Below are positions 31,285 through 32,000 of a stretch of DNA of 32,000 bases, in pieces. The stretch comes from Candidatus Iainarchaeum sp. (GTDB lineage: Archaea > Iainarchaeota > Iainarchaeia > Iainarchaeales > 0-14-0-20-30-16): positions 1-32,000 of the forward strand of contig JAQTTP010000003.1 of the NCBI GenBank assembly GCA_028710695.1, in the 5' to 3' direction. The notes below the pieces were generated by a model. The model did no database searches. It was not told where the DNA came from and saw only the letters and a program-made list of their open reading frames with translations. The position numbers and the translations under genes were made by a program. Position 1 is the first letter of the stretch. Each line of letters opens with the position of its first letter.

Positions 31285-31899
31285 ATGGATATTAGAAATT
31301 TATATTTGCTTGTTCATCCATTATTTGGCTTGTATATTGGTAAACTTGAAAGTCAAAAAATAATTACACGTTATGAACTTGATGGTTATAATAAAAAACA
31401 AACAGTGAGACATTTATTGAGTTAATATTTGGATGCTGCCAATTTGGTGAAAAAAGATGCTAATGCTGCGTTAGTAGTGGTATATTATCCAGATACAACT
31501 TTTACTAATTCTTGTGAAAGGGACTTGAAATTTGTAGATAAAACAACTTGGACAGATCAAGAGAAAGAACAAGCAAAAAGATTAGTAATTGCACATTATG
31601 AAAAATTAAAAAAAGTACAAGCATTACTTATGGGTGCATTAAGAAAAAAACTTGGACCCAAATTATTTGTTTCAGAAAATTGGATATCTGCAGAAGCAAT
31701 TTCTGAGTTAAGAGCGCAAGGGATTGGAAAGCACACAAAACTAATTGCTTTTGGAGAACAAGAAGATGTGTGTGTTAGAGAGAATGCAAAACAGATAGAA
31801 TTTGATTTGGGCCTTAGAAATAGAAATGTACATTATGATCGACAAAGAACAAATAAGGGAATACCCGATGTCTGTAAAGCCCATATTAGACGGATTTGA
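31285..31899 (+). pseudogene. ORF of about 204 codons interrupted by a single in-frame TAA (31423-31425). The track ORF 31429-31899 (TTG start) is the downstream part
   Basis: ATG 31285, preceded by GGGGTaaaaat, opens MDIRNLYLLVHPLFGLYIGKLESQKIITRYELDGYNKKQTVRHLLS, then TAA. The same frame continues Y-L-DAANLVKKDANAALVVVYYPD... No SD precedes TTG 31429. Confidence 0.5.
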
Positions 31900-31909
31900 A
31901 TAATGTGTG

Positions 31910-32000
31910 TTATTTAATTTGCACAAATTCTCCATTCTGTATTTGTTTAATTATTATTTCTGTTTTCACATCTCCATTTTTGTCAAAATAGTTTGAAAGA
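31910..32000 (-). CDS. Possible 3' end of a minus-strand gene entering from the right window edge
   Basis: The minus frame beginning at 31999 reads LSNYFDKNGDVKTEIIIKQIQNGEFVQIK, then TAA (31910-31912). Only 29 codons are visible. Confidence 0.3.
   Translation of the reverse strand, partial: LSNYFDKNGDVKTEIIIKQIQNGEFVQIK

Noticed and set aside
31423-31425. The in-frame TAA as evidence for stop-codon reassignment.
   Set aside because: TAA, TAG and TGA all terminate conserved genes at the expected positions in this window (for example rpoB1, tuf and rps12 with TAA, rps10 with TAG, rpoH and rpoA1 with TGA).
1-32000. Bacterial (for example CPR) origin, suggested by csp, SLT, SGNH and the hairpin terminators.
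   Set aside because: RpoH, split A'/A'' and B''/B', L30e, aEF-2 with a diphthamide site, aEF-1alpha, Taw1 and a C/D sRNA are archaeal hallmarks. They are contiguous with the bacterial-looking genes.

Overview
AT-rich archaeal chromosomal window. Its compact, reduced gene content looks DPANN-like, but no taxon can be assigned without database searches. The core (7957-20623, + strand) is the archaeal transcription/translation supercluster rpoH-rpoB2(B'')-rpoB1(B')-rpoA1-rpoA2-rpl30e-rps12-rps7-aEF2-aEF1alpha-rps10, with split B and A subunits and no nusA in its usual slot. Left flank: a giant protein (>1970 aa, truncated by the window edge) whose C-terminus fuses an SLT lytic transglycosylase domain to an SGNH esterase domain, then a small basic ORF and a Cys/Met-family PLP enzyme. 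Right flank: an operon of two class-I methyltransferases plus Taw1 (radical-SAM wyosine enzyme), and a membrane protein. A minus-strand block follows: a nucleotidyltransferase gene with no canonical start codon, a TadA-like deaminase, a cold-shock protein, a CcdA-like plus thioredoxin-like pair with a duplicated initiation region, and an asparagine-synthase::Dph6-like fusion. After that come an RHH/PIN toxin-antitoxin pair, a textbook C/D-box sRNA with no ORF, a cluster of terminator-like hairpins, an orphan 358-aa protein, and an ORF interrupted by one in-frame TAA. Internal operon genes use a GTGAT-type Shine-Dalgarno about 4 nt before the start, which makes the ORF track over-extend several N-termini (MIIM...). 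Several first genes look leaderless. No CRISPR array, rRNA, tRNA or recognisable mobile element was seen. All calls come from reading motifs by eye. No HMM or BLAST search was run, and domain boundaries are approximate.
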